A stretch of DNA of 64,000 nucleotides, from positions 256,001-320,000 of the forward strand of contig OZ223267.1 of NCBI GenBank assembly GCA_965140585.1, in the 5' to 3' direction. Positions 50,671 through 59,149 of the stretch are shown here, in pieces. The position numbers and the translations under genes were made by a program. A model generated the notes under the pieces. That model did not search any database and was not told the DNA's origin. It saw nothing but the letters and a program-made list of their open reading frames with translations. Numbering within the stretch: the first letter of the stretch is position 1; each line of letters opens with the position of its first letter. This stretch comes from Spirochaetia bacterium (GTDB taxonomy: Bacteria; Spirochaetota; Spirochaetia; UBA9216).

Positions 50671-51459
50671 ATGGATGCAAAACTTCTAAAGAACAAGAGC
50701 GAGGAAGAACTCTGGACTCTTTACAAGAAAAAAAGAGATCCCATTATCAGGGAACTCTTTGTAAAGCAGTATGCCCCCCTTGTGAAGTATGTAGCCGGAA
50801 AGGTTGCGGTAGGGATGCCGCATAATATTGAATTTGATGATCTGGTTCAGTATGGTGTGTTCGGCCTTTTTGATGCAATAGACAAATTCGACCCTGCAAA
50901 ACATGTTAAATTCAAAACATATGCTGTTACCAGGATCAGGGGCGCTATATTTGATGAACTCCGATCGATTGACTGGGTTCCCAGATCTGTTCGCCAGAAA
51001 TCAAGAGAAGTCGAGGATGCCGTACATCGCCTTGAATCGTCACTTGGCAGAGCGGTTTCTGATAGTGAAATAGCCAATGAAATGGGCATGGACCTGCAGG
51101 AGTACCAGAAGACAATACTTAAAATCAGCGGTACCTCCATTATGTCGTTAAATGATGTCTGGTATACAGGCGAAGATAACGATAAGGTGTCTATCGTCGA
51201 CAGCATTGAATCACCGCAGGGCCTTAATCCGGATATTATCGTAGAAAAAGATGAAATTAAACGTGTAATAATCGAAGCAATAAACGAACTTCCTGAAAAA
51301 GAGAAAAAAGTTCTTGTTCTTTACTATTATGAAGACTTAACTTTAAAAGAGATAGGAAAGGTTCTGGAGGTAACTGAATCCAGAGTATCGCAGCTTCACA
51401 CTAAGGCGATTATGCGGCTTAGAGCCAAGCTTACTAACCTTAAGAAAGGAATTATGTAG
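50671..51459 (+). CDS. fliA: RNA polymerase sigma-28 factor (FliA/WhiG)
   Basis: [46 protein letters not shown]. Confidence 0.97.
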   Translation: MDAKLLKNKSEEELWTLYKKKRDPIIRELFVKQYAPLVKYVAGKVAVGMPHNIEFDDLVQYGVFGLFDAIDKFDPAKHVKFKTYAVTRIRGAIFDELRSIDWVPRSVRQKSREVEDAVHRLESSLGRAVSDSEIANEMGMDLQEYQKTILKISGTSIMSLNDVWYTGEDNDKVSIVDSIESPQGLNPDIIVEKDEIKRVIIEAINELPEKEKKVLVLYYYEDLTLKEIGKVLEVTESRVSQLHTKAIMRLRAKLTNLKKGIM

Positions 51460-51462
51460 ATT

Positions 51463-53409
51463 ATGGTTCAATTGTCGGAATTAAGAGAATTTATGCGTAA
51501 GCAGGCTGAATCGGACAGGGCCAGAAAAACCGTCCAGGTCAGCGGTCCGACAATTGAAGAGGCGCTTGAGCAGGCCTGTATTGAACTGGCTCTTCCCCTC
51601 AAAAAGATTGAATATGAAGTTCTTGAAAGTCCCTCAGGTGGTATCCTGGGTTACGGAAAAAAGAACTGCCTTCTGATAGCCTATGAAATAGCAGCGCAGA
51701 AGTCTGATGATTTTGATGAAGACGGATTTGATCTCGATTTTGATTCAGGCCTTTCAAGTCCCGAAGTTCCAAAAGACAGGGACGGCGAAATTATTGTAAA
51801 ACTCAGACAGGAAGGTGTTTTTGTAAAGGTTTACCCGCCTGTTGGAAAAGGAAATCCTGCAACAGAGCGCGATGCGGCAATGAAGATTAAAAGCAGGGGG
51901 ATTACCGAGTATGACCAGCATATGATGGTGAGTGCTGTTAAACAGGCGGATGGTGAGCTGGTCCGAATTGGCGATTACGCATATAATCCGATGAATGATT
52001 CAATCATCTCTGTGAATATTATAGATCTCGAGATGAAAGCTAATATTGTTATTAAAGAGCCTGGTCCGGGCGGTGCAGATGTTAATACTGAAAGCATAAT
52101 CGGCCTTTTAAAAGCCAATGGAATAATCCATGGCATTGATGAGGAAGAGATTGGGCGTATTGAAGATCATCCTGTATTTGATACCGCTCTGCTGGTTGCA
52201 GAAGGTTCGAAGCCCGTTAACGGTAATGATGCACGGATAATTTATAATTTTGACAGTCAGAATCTTCAGGTTTCACTCAAAGAGCGGCAGGGGAAGGTTG
52301 ATTTCAAGGAAATGAACCGAATCCAGAATGTTGTTGAAGGTCAGATTCTGGCCCGAAAGGTTCCTGCTGAGGAAGGTAAACCCGGACGAACTGTAACAGG
52401 AAAACTGCTTCCTGCTAAATCAGGTAATGATATCAGTTTTAACATAGGTAAAAATGTAAAACTTTCAGATGATAAGCAGACAGCGATTGCCGAAATAAAC
52501 GGACAGGTAATCATTATGGGTGATAAACTCACAGTTGAACCGGTTTACCTTGTTCAGGGTGATGTTAATCTTAAATCCGGCGGTAATATAATTTTTCTGG
52601 GATCTGTTATTGTTAAAGGCAGCGTAGAGGACGGTTTTAAGGTTAAGGCTTCAGGAAATATCGAAGTAATGGGTAATGTTGGAAAGTCTGAGATTGATGC
52701 TGAAGGTGAAGTTATTGTTCATCAGGGTATCAACGGAAAGACCGAAGGACAGGTCAGAGCCGGAAAGACTGTATGGTCGAAGTTTATTGAGAACGCAAAT
52801 GTTGAATCCGGTGATCTTGTAGTAGCGACTGACGGTATTATAAACTCAAATGTTGTTTCAAACCGGATGATCGTATGTATGGGTAAGCGTGCTACCATTG
52901 TTGGAGGAAGACTCCGGGCTACAGAGGAAATCCATGCTAAAACACTCGGCTCAGCCTCAGGATCAGAAACCATTCTTGAAGTGGGCTGGGATCCTAAAAG
53001 CAAGGAAAAGCTTGTTAATTTAGAAAAGAATATGGAAAGTCTGAATACTCAGATTGATGATATAGATAGAAACATCCTGACTCTTGAAAACTTCAAAAAG
53101 AAAAAGAAAAAACTTCCTGACGATAAGGAAGAATATCTGGCTGAGCTAAAACAGCAGAAGCAGGATGTTTATGAAGAGACACTCGAAATAAAAGAAGAAA
53201 TAGACAGTATCAAGGAATATCTTGCTTCTCTTAAATATGTTGGAAAAATATCAGCTGCTTCAAAGGTATTCCCCGGTGTAAGGGTAGTTATCAAGGATGC
53301 TCATATGAAGGTTCGTAATGATTACAACAGTGTAACTTTCATTAATGAAGAAGGTGATGTTCATACTGTTAAATATGAGGCTCCTGAAGAAGATTTTTCA
53401 AGGAAGTAG
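51463..53409 (+). CDS. FapA/DUF342 family protein with N-terminal Jag_N-like domain
   Basis: G.TIEEAL.....EL......IEYEVLE..S.G.LG.GKK; VDFKEM, G.TVTG, GDVN..SGGNI.F.G beta-helix. Confidence 0.85.
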   Translation: MVQLSELREFMRKQAESDRARKTVQVSGPTIEEALEQACIELALPLKKIEYEVLESPSGGILGYGKKNCLLIAYEIAAQKSDDFDEDGFDLDFDSGLSSPEVPKDRDGEIIVKLRQEGVFVKVYPPVGKGNPATERDAAMKIKSRGITEYDQHMMVSAVKQADGELVRIGDYAYNPMNDSIISVNIIDLEMKANIVIKEPGPGGADVNTESIIGLLKANGIIHGIDEEEIGRIEDHPVFDTALLVAEGSKPVNGNDARIIYNFDSQNLQVSLKERQGKVDFKEMNRIQNVVEGQILARKVPAEEGKPGRTVTGKLLPAKSGNDISFNIGKNVKLSDDKQTAIAEINGQVIIMGDKLTVEPVYLVQGDVNLKSGGNIIFLGSVIVKGSVEDGFKVKASGNIEVMGNVGKSEIDAEGEVIVHQGINGKTEGQVRAGKTVWSKFIENANVESGDLVVATDGIINSNVVSNRMIVCMGKRATIVGGRLRATEEIHAKTLGSASGSETILEVGWDPKSKEKLVNLEKNMESLNTQIDDIDRNILTLENFKKKKKKLPDDKEEYLAELKQQKQDVYEETLEIKEEIDSIKEYLASLKYVGKISAASKVFPGVRVVIKDAHMKVRNDYNSVTFINEEGDVHTVKYEAPEEDFSRK

Positions 53410-53411
53410 CT

Positions 53412-53741
53412 ATGTCAGTATCGCCTCTGGACATGCAGATTCTATACAGTAACCTGAAAAACGTCGGGCAGCAGCAGGCTGCTGAGCGTGCATCAGAACT
53501 GGCTCAGCAGCATAAGCAGGCAGATGAATCTGCCAAAAAGTCTGATGAAAAAGATCACCGGGTAGGTGAAGCAAAAGATGTAGACACCGGTATCGATAAG
53601 GTTAATGATAAGGATAAAAAGCAGGAAGAGCAGAAGGGCGCAAAGGACAAAGGTCAGAAGGATGAAGCCCAGAATGATAAGCCTGACGCTGAGTTTTTTG
53701 ATGACCCTGATATTGGACATAATATTGATATTTCAGGATAA
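53412..53741 (+). CDS. hypothetical protein (flagellar-operon associated)
   Basis: MSVSPLDMQ...; charged; ends DPDIGHNIDISG. Confidence 0.75.
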   Translation: MSVSPLDMQILYSNLKNVGQQQAAERASELAQQHKQADESAKKSDEKDHRVGEAKDVDTGIDKVNDKDKKQEEQKGAKDKGQKDEAQNDKPDAEFFDDPDIGHNIDISG

Positions 53742-53746
53742 TCTCA

Positions 53747-54280
53747 GTGATTTTTAATATTGTTTTAATTCTTATAAATATAATAATTTTCTCTGTCATG
53801 TATATTGTACTGGTCAGACGAATTGACAGACATACTGATACCGAAAGAATATCGGAAAGCATAATAAAAGATCTTGATCAGGTTCTGGCAGAAATAAATC
53901 AGGCAACAAATCGTAATATTATGCTTATTGAAGATAAGCTTACGGAACTTAATACAACTGTGGAGACAGCTGAAGCCAGAATAAAACTTCTAAAGAAGAA
54001 TGAGATGCCCAGACCCGTTGAGATTGAGATTAAGGACGAACCAAAAAAGACCGAACTCACTTATTCCACTATAAATAAAATAACTAATTACAGCGGTATA
54101 GTCTCAACAGTTAAAAGTCAGGTTAAGTCTGAAGAGGGTAATGATTCAAAAAAGAAAATTATAGAGCTATATAAAAGCGGACTTGATTCCGGTCTTATAG
54201 CAGCAAGTCTCGGAGTTAACCGCGGTGAAGTTGAACTGATAATTTCCCTATATAAACAATCAAATTATATTCAGGATTAA
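53747..54280 (+). CDS. SwrB/DUF6115-like membrane protein
   Basis: N-terminal TM, coiled coil, C-terminal HTH-like LYKSG.....IA..LGV.RGEVELII.L. Confidence 0.65.
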   Translation: MIFNIVLILINIIIFSVMYIVLVRRIDRHTDTERISESIIKDLDQVLAEINQATNRNIMLIEDKLTELNTTVETAEARIKLLKKNEMPRPVEIEIKDEPKKTELTYSTINKITNYSGIVSTVKSQVKSEEGNDSKKKIIELYKSGLDSGLIAASLGVNRGEVELIISLYKQSNYIQD

Positions 54281-54281
54281 T

Positions 54282-56102
54282 ATGAAAGATAACCGACTAC
54301 TAAAGACATTTATAAGCGATACAGGCATGCATATAAATAAGATCAATGATCTTCTAATTGCGATGGAGAATAATACTTCTGCACCTGAAGCTGTAAATGA
54401 ACTTTTCAGATATGTTCACTCAATTAAATCAGAGGCGGCTTATCTTGGTATAGACGATATTTCAGAGACAGCACATGATCTTGAAAATATCCTCGAAACA
54501 GTAAGATCTTCATCAACCCGCAGAATAGAAGAGAAGGAGCTTATCATGTTCTGCTATAAGGCTGTTGACCGTATCTCAGAGCAGCTGAAACGGGTTAAAG
54601 TTTCAGCTGTCGGTACCTTAAATAATGTTAGCAGTGAGGAAGAAAAAAAATACACTGATTTCGAAAAACTCCTGCTCAGGGAAGCCGAAGATCGCGATGA
54701 GAAGCTGTATGAAGTATGTTTCGGAATTTCTGAAGAAGAGTCAATGAAGTATGCAAGGGCATATCTGGCACTTAGTAATCTTGAAATGAAATATAATGTA
54801 ATTAAAACTATTCCTGAGCTCGATGAAAATGAGGAGAACTTTCCTGAAGCCATCATTGTAGTACTTTCATCCGGATCTGATGAACAGGAGATTATCAGGG
54901 ATTTAAATATCGATCAAATCAGCAATTTGAGGATTAAAAGACTGATATTTTCTGATGAATACGATGCCAGATTAGTATCCGAAGCTGCTGCTGATTTAGG
55001 TAAAAGTAAAGATAATATTTATAATGTTGATGCTTCAGAGATTGATGAAATAAACGATTATCTGGTTGAGATTCGACGGAGGATATCGGGGCTTTCCGGC
55101 TCATTTGGAGACTCCTCTGAACTGGACAGTATGGAAAATGAACTTAAGGGGTTGGAATCAATTTCAAGCGGTATTGCTTCGCTTATGGATCGGCTAAAAA
55201 TGGTTCAGTTTGCTGATCATTTTGCCTCCTATCGTAGATTGGTTCGGGATCTGGCAGATAAATCGGGCAAAAAAATTGAGCTTTTCATTGAAGGTGATCT
55301 TAAAATTTCAAGGGATTTCGCTGAATACCTTAAAGAGCCAATAATTCAGATTCTTAAAAATGCAATTGTACATGGAATTGAAGCTCCGGAAATGCGAAGC
55401 CGTAAAGGTAAGTCTCCGACAGGCAAAATTACTCTTGCGGTCAGAAAAAACTCAGAGTCTACAGTTATAACTGTCAGTGATGATGGTGCTGGAATTGATG
55501 AAAACATCTACAGCAGTAATGGAATAGGCCGCAGTGAGCATGCTGATGTCCTGAATATTATTTCTCAGCCCGGGTTCAGTTCTCTTGCCGAGAGTAATAA
55601 ACTGGGCGGACGCGGGGTTGGGCTTGACCTTGTTGTCCATGAACTTGAAAAAAAGAAGGGAAGGCTGGAACTTGTTAACAATCCCGGCCAGGGTTGTATA
55701 TTCCGGATGGTTTTCAGTGACTTCCAAAATGAGACTAAATACCTTGTTTTGAAATATCGTGATAATAACTACGCTGTTGAAATGAAACCCGGGATTGAAC
55801 CCGAAACATATAATCCTGCTGCAGTCACTGAAAACGGGATAAATTTTGAGATAGACGGTATCGGGCTGTACTCTCCTGAGGGACGTGTTTCAAATAACGA
55901 CAGTGAGGCTTCAGGCTGTAATACAATGCTTTATATAAAGAATCCAAGCGGTGAGGGCTATGTAGTTTTTGAAGAAGCCCTATTTGAAGTAAAATACGAT
56001 AAAAAAAGGATTGTGAAAACTGAACCTGCAGGAAAGAACTCCAGCTGGGTTAAGGTGGACAGTCAGCCTGCCGACTTCCTTCTGCTTGAAATGAAATTTT
56101 AG
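54282..56102 (+). CDS. atypical CheA-like histidine kinase (HPt-P2-P3-HATPase, divergent C-terminus)
   Basis: ELFRYVHSIK (His46), P2-like MKYARAYL, KNAIVHGIE, DDGAGID, PGFSS, GRGVGLDLV. Confidence 0.82.
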   Translation: MKDNRLLKTFISDTGMHINKINDLLIAMENNTSAPEAVNELFRYVHSIKSEAAYLGIDDISETAHDLENILETVRSSSTRRIEEKELIMFCYKAVDRISEQLKRVKVSAVGTLNNVSSEEEKKYTDFEKLLLREAEDRDEKLYEVCFGISEEESMKYARAYLALSNLEMKYNVIKTIPELDENEENFPEAIIVVLSSGSDEQEIIRDLNIDQISNLRIKRLIFSDEYDARLVSEAAADLGKSKDNIYNVDASEIDEINDYLVEIRRRISGLSGSFGDSSELDSMENELKGLESISSGIASLMDRLKMVQFADHFASYRRLVRDLADKSGKKIELFIEGDLKISRDFAEYLKEPIIQILKNAIVHGIEAPEMRSRKGKSPTGKITLAVRKNSESTVITVSDDGAGIDENIYSSNGIGRSEHADVLNIISQPGFSSLAESNKLGGRGVGLDLVVHELEKKKGRLELVNNPGQGCIFRMVFSDFQNETKYLVLKYRDNNYAVEMKPGIEPETYNPAAVTENGINFEIDGIGLYSPEGRVSNNDSEASGCNTMLYIKNPSGEGYVVFEEALFEVKYDKKRIVKTEPAGKNSSWVKVDSQPADFLLLEMKF

Positions 56103-56113
56103 TTCAAAAAATT

Positions 56114-56141
56114 CTAAAGTTCAAAGCCGGTTTACCGATAT
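56114..56141 (+). promoter_or_regulatory. sigma28 promoter CTAAA-N16-CCGATAT
   Basis: Exact match to SigD-type consensus and spacing; extended -35 TAAAGTT. Confidence 0.75.
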
Positions 56142-56147
56142 TATTTT

Positions 56148-56212
56148 TAGGGTTGAACACCTTATTTGATAATTAACGGTATGCACATAACGTCCAGGCA
56201 TACCGTTTTTTT
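56148..56212 (+). ncRNA. candidate sigma28-dependent small RNA (~65 nt)
   Basis: Lies between the consensus sigma28 promoter and an intrinsic terminator; no credible ORF; ends approximate. Confidence 0.45.
56175..56212 (+). terminator. intrinsic terminator
   Basis: AACGGTATGC/GCATACCGTT 10-bp stem, 13-nt loop, T7 run. Confidence 0.75.
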
Positions 56213-56233
56213 ATGCCTTAAGTCTCCCTTAAT

Positions 56234-57244
56234 CTATACAGGGAGAATACAATTCTCAGGTTTCTTAAAGAAATCTTTATTTTCTTCAAGAATTTCATTA
56301 ATGGTTTCTTTCAGCCCGACTACAGCAGATGCTCCGAGCGGGAGTAACGCTCCTCCTCTGCAAAGATTCAAGATTTGGTCTTCTACGATGGATTTCATTT
56401 CATCTTTGGGAATTGCTCCCAGTTTTAGTGAAGCCATATCCATACCACCGGTTAACACAAGCCGATCTCCATATTTCTTTATAATACTCTCAATATCATT
56501 GATGGTCTGTACAGATGTCCAGTGTTCTATTCCTGCTTCTATCATTGAAGGGATCAGATTTTCGATTTTACCGCAGCTGTGAAACCTTAGAAAAATATTT
56601 TTCTCCTTACCAAACTCGGTCAGCCTTTTAATATGGGGTGCAAGAAGACTGTTCCAGACATCAGTACTGAAAAACTGATTTTCCTGATGGCCCCAGTCGT
56701 CGTGCAGCTCTATCTGATCAACAGGGTAGTATTCAAGGATTTTTTCCATAACTCTAATCTTGTGATCAACTACAGCGCTGAAAAAGTCAGAGGAGGCTTC
56801 AGGTTCGATCAGCAGCGCCATACATGCCTCCGACATCCCCATAAGTGCATGCATTCTTTCAAACGGACCGTTTAAAAGTGTAATATTGGCAAGTTTTTCA
56901 GGTATAAAGATATCTTTGTCTCTTTCTGCAGCAGCAGCCCAGTCTATTGCTTCCAAATCAGGAAATTTTACCTGTTCCTTCCATTTCTTTATATCAGTCA
57001 AAATTGGCGGATATTCATGGCTTACTGTGGCTGCACGTACGTGAGGCTGAAAAACCCAGTGTACCCCGAACCAGTCAAAACCGGTTCCTCCCAGGGCCTG
57101 TTCGATCGAACCGTCGCCGGGAGCCCTTTCTGCAATTTCGGGCGGAATATAGTTGACTTCATCCTGCCTTGCATTAGGAATCCACTCTGGGACCTGATGT
57201 GTCAACACTCTAATATAGTTTTCCTTGGGGGTTAAAGTTGACAT
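56234..57244 (-). CDS. UroD/MtaA-family protein (putative methyl:corrinoid methyltransferase)
   Basis: D.FGV.W, GPFERMHALMG, HDDWG.Q, FHSCG metal motif, GGMD. Confidence 0.8.
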   Translation of the reverse strand: MSTLTPKENYIRVLTHQVPEWIPNARQDEVNYIPPEIAERAPGDGSIEQALGGTGFDWFGVHWVFQPHVRAATVSHEYPPILTDIKKWKEQVKFPDLEAIDWAAAAERDKDIFIPEKLANITLLNGPFERMHALMGMSEACMALLIEPEASSDFFSAVVDHKIRVMEKILEYYPVDQIELHDDWGHQENQFFSTDVWNSLLAPHIKRLTEFGKEKNIFLRFHSCGKIENLIPSMIEAGIEHWTSVQTINDIESIIKKYGDRLVLTGGMDMASLKLGAIPKDEMKSIVEDQILNLCRGGALLPLGASAVVGLKETINEILEENKDFFKKPENCILPV

Positions 57245-57294
57245 AAGACTCTCCTTTATTTATTCAAAAATGAATTTTCTCAGATGTTTTCAGT

Positions 57295-57325
57295 ATGTTA
57301 AACCTTACCCACGTGGTAAGGTCAA
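57295..57325 (-). promoter_or_regulatory. MerR-family promoter/operator TTGACC-N19-TAACAT with dyad ACCTTACC-N5-GGTAAGGT
   Basis: 19-bp spacer and 8-bp inverted repeat between -35 and -10; closely resembles CueR-type copA promoter architecture. Confidence 0.8.
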
Positions 57326-59148
57326 ACAATTTTTTCAGAAAGTCTTACTAAAGCCTGGCCGGCAAGAATTCGATGGTAGGATGCTGCCTCATAGATTCCG
57401 AAATATAGTTTTTTAGAATTGGAGAGATAATCACCGTCGGTTTTTTCAAGAATTTCATTAAGTATCGGCTGCAGGATGAAACCGGCCAGCTCCTTGGAAG
57501 GAATTAATGAAATACTTCGATCAATTGATTCAAGTTTTTTTAAATATTCCGAAAGTCCCGGAGCATCCAGGCTAATCAGTTTCATAAGCTGAATGGCTTC
57601 ACCTGAGAGGGTTTCAAGGCTTTCACATTCAAGAATCATATTTTCAAGCATCGTAACAATACCTTTCAGCCCATTCTGACCAGATTCTGTACAATCAGTT
57701 ATAACTTTTATTTTAACGTTTTCGATGTTTTCCCTATGTTCCATTGCATCAAGAAGAGCATCTGATGATATGAAATCCATTCCATCTATCTTTATTCCAT
57801 ATGGTGAGAGATTATAGGTCACAGTCTCATTGTCAATTTTTAACTGGTTTTCAAACCACCACTTGTATATTATAAGCCGCTTATCTGTCAGGGTTTCAGT
57901 ACCCGAATTATTTTCTGTTTTAAAGGAGGAAGTACTGTTAAGGTAGGATGCAGTAAGCGAAGATGATGGTGTAAGCCTTGTAGAGGAAATTGCTATCAGC
58001 CTTGAGGAAAGGCTGTTTTTATAATGAGTTTTATTTCCTGGATATCCAAGATCCAGCCCTGCAGCATAGATTTCCCTGCAGCCGAGTCTTCTGGCTAAAT
58101 CCCAGGCACTTGTTGCTACAGATCCTCCGGCACCAAGAACTCCATGAATTCTTACATGTTCTTCAAACAGACTACCTAACGGAAACACAGATTTGCAGAA
58201 GTATACGGGAAGAGGGCAGTTTCTGAAAATCCCCGGGTGGGTTGAGCTTTCAGATACAAGAATACTGCTGCCGCTGAACACGCTGTCAGAAAGGCAGTTG
58301 TCAAGGTGCCTGGAGTTCAGATACTGCGGATCAACAACCACAATAAAATCAGGTGCAATTCGGGCATCCCTGAATGCCCTTACAGCAGTATCAACACAGA
58401 TTATTACAGCTCTCTTTTTCAATTCGGGCATCAAGGGCATTACAGAATCAAGCGAAGGTCCAGCTGCTGCTATTATTGCCGGAATGCCCTGAAAACGGCC
58501 GAACCAAGCACTGATATCCCCTGCATTCATAAGAGTCGGAATGTTGCGGAAAAGATTCCTGACCCAGGATTTACCAAAGCGGTTTATAGTATTACGGTTG
58601 GTTTCCTTCTTTGCTACATATTCATTAATATTTTCTTCCAGCCTGCTGAAATAGTCTTCGTTTATTCCTGACAGCTGTCGCAGTTTAAAGGTGAAAACCG
58701 GAAAAACATCAATCTGTTTCAATATACCCTGTATTGAAGAGGGTTCTGTATCAAGAAGAAAACCGGTTCTTGGTGATTTTATAATTTCAGCAAAATCTCG
58801 TGATTCAAGAGATTTTAAAAATATCCCGGGCTCCGGTTCTGCAATAAGTATTTGAAGATCAGGGTAGTTTTCAAGAAGTGCTTCTATATGATAACCAAGA
58901 CCGAAGCCGAAAACCACACAGATTCCAGAGCCGCTTATACCGCTGTTGCCTGCAAGTCTTGATGCCTCAGCTGCAGGAGCCCTTGAGGAGTGAAGCCAGA
59001 CATTATTAAGCTTTCCTGATACAGCTCCGTTTACACTTACAATAATTTCAAGATCTTCAGATGGTTTGTATCGGGATAATATTTCAGTTTCAAATCCTGG
59101 ATATTTTTCTTTCAGTGCATCAAGGTTTTTTCCGGTAAATACTGACAT
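57322..59148 (-). CDS. motility-associated factor (Maf, DUF115) flagellin glycosyltransferase family
   Basis: HSS..P..EA, FGFGLGYH, AAGPSL, PDFIV.VDPQ, GGSVAT, GLDLGY. Confidence 0.85.
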   Translation of the reverse strand: MSVFTGKNLDALKEKYPGFETEILSRYKPSEDLEIIVSVNGAVSGKLNNVWLHSSRAPAAEASRLAGNSGISGSGICVVFGFGLGYHIEALLENYPDLQILIAEPEPGIFLKSLESRDFAEIIKSPRTGFLLDTEPSSIQGILKQIDVFPVFTFKLRQLSGINEDYFSRLEENINEYVAKKETNRNTINRFGKSWVRNLFRNIPTLMNAGDISAWFGRFQGIPAIIAAAGPSLDSVMPLMPELKKRAVIICVDTAVRAFRDARIAPDFIVVVDPQYLNSRHLDNCLSDSVFSGSSILVSESSTHPGIFRNCPLPVYFCKSVFPLGSLFEEHVRIHGVLGAGGSVATSAWDLARRLGCREIYAAGLDLGYPGNKTHYKNSLSSRLIAISSTRLTPSSSLTASYLNSTSSFKTENNSGTETLTDKRLIIYKWWFENQLKIDNETVTYNLSPYGIKIDGMDFISSDALLDAMEHRENIENVKIKVITDCTESGQNGLKGIVTMLENMILECESLETLSGEAIQLMKLISLDAPGLSEYLKKLESIDRSISLIPSKELAGFILQPILNEILEKTDGDYLSNSKKLYFGIYEAASYHRILAGQALVRLSEKIV

Positions 59149-59149
59149 A

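Noticed and set aside
56166-56582. 138-aa + strand ORF downstream of the sigma28 promoter
   Set aside because: TTG start without SD, crosses an intrinsic terminator, and is mostly the antisense shadow of the UroD-family gene
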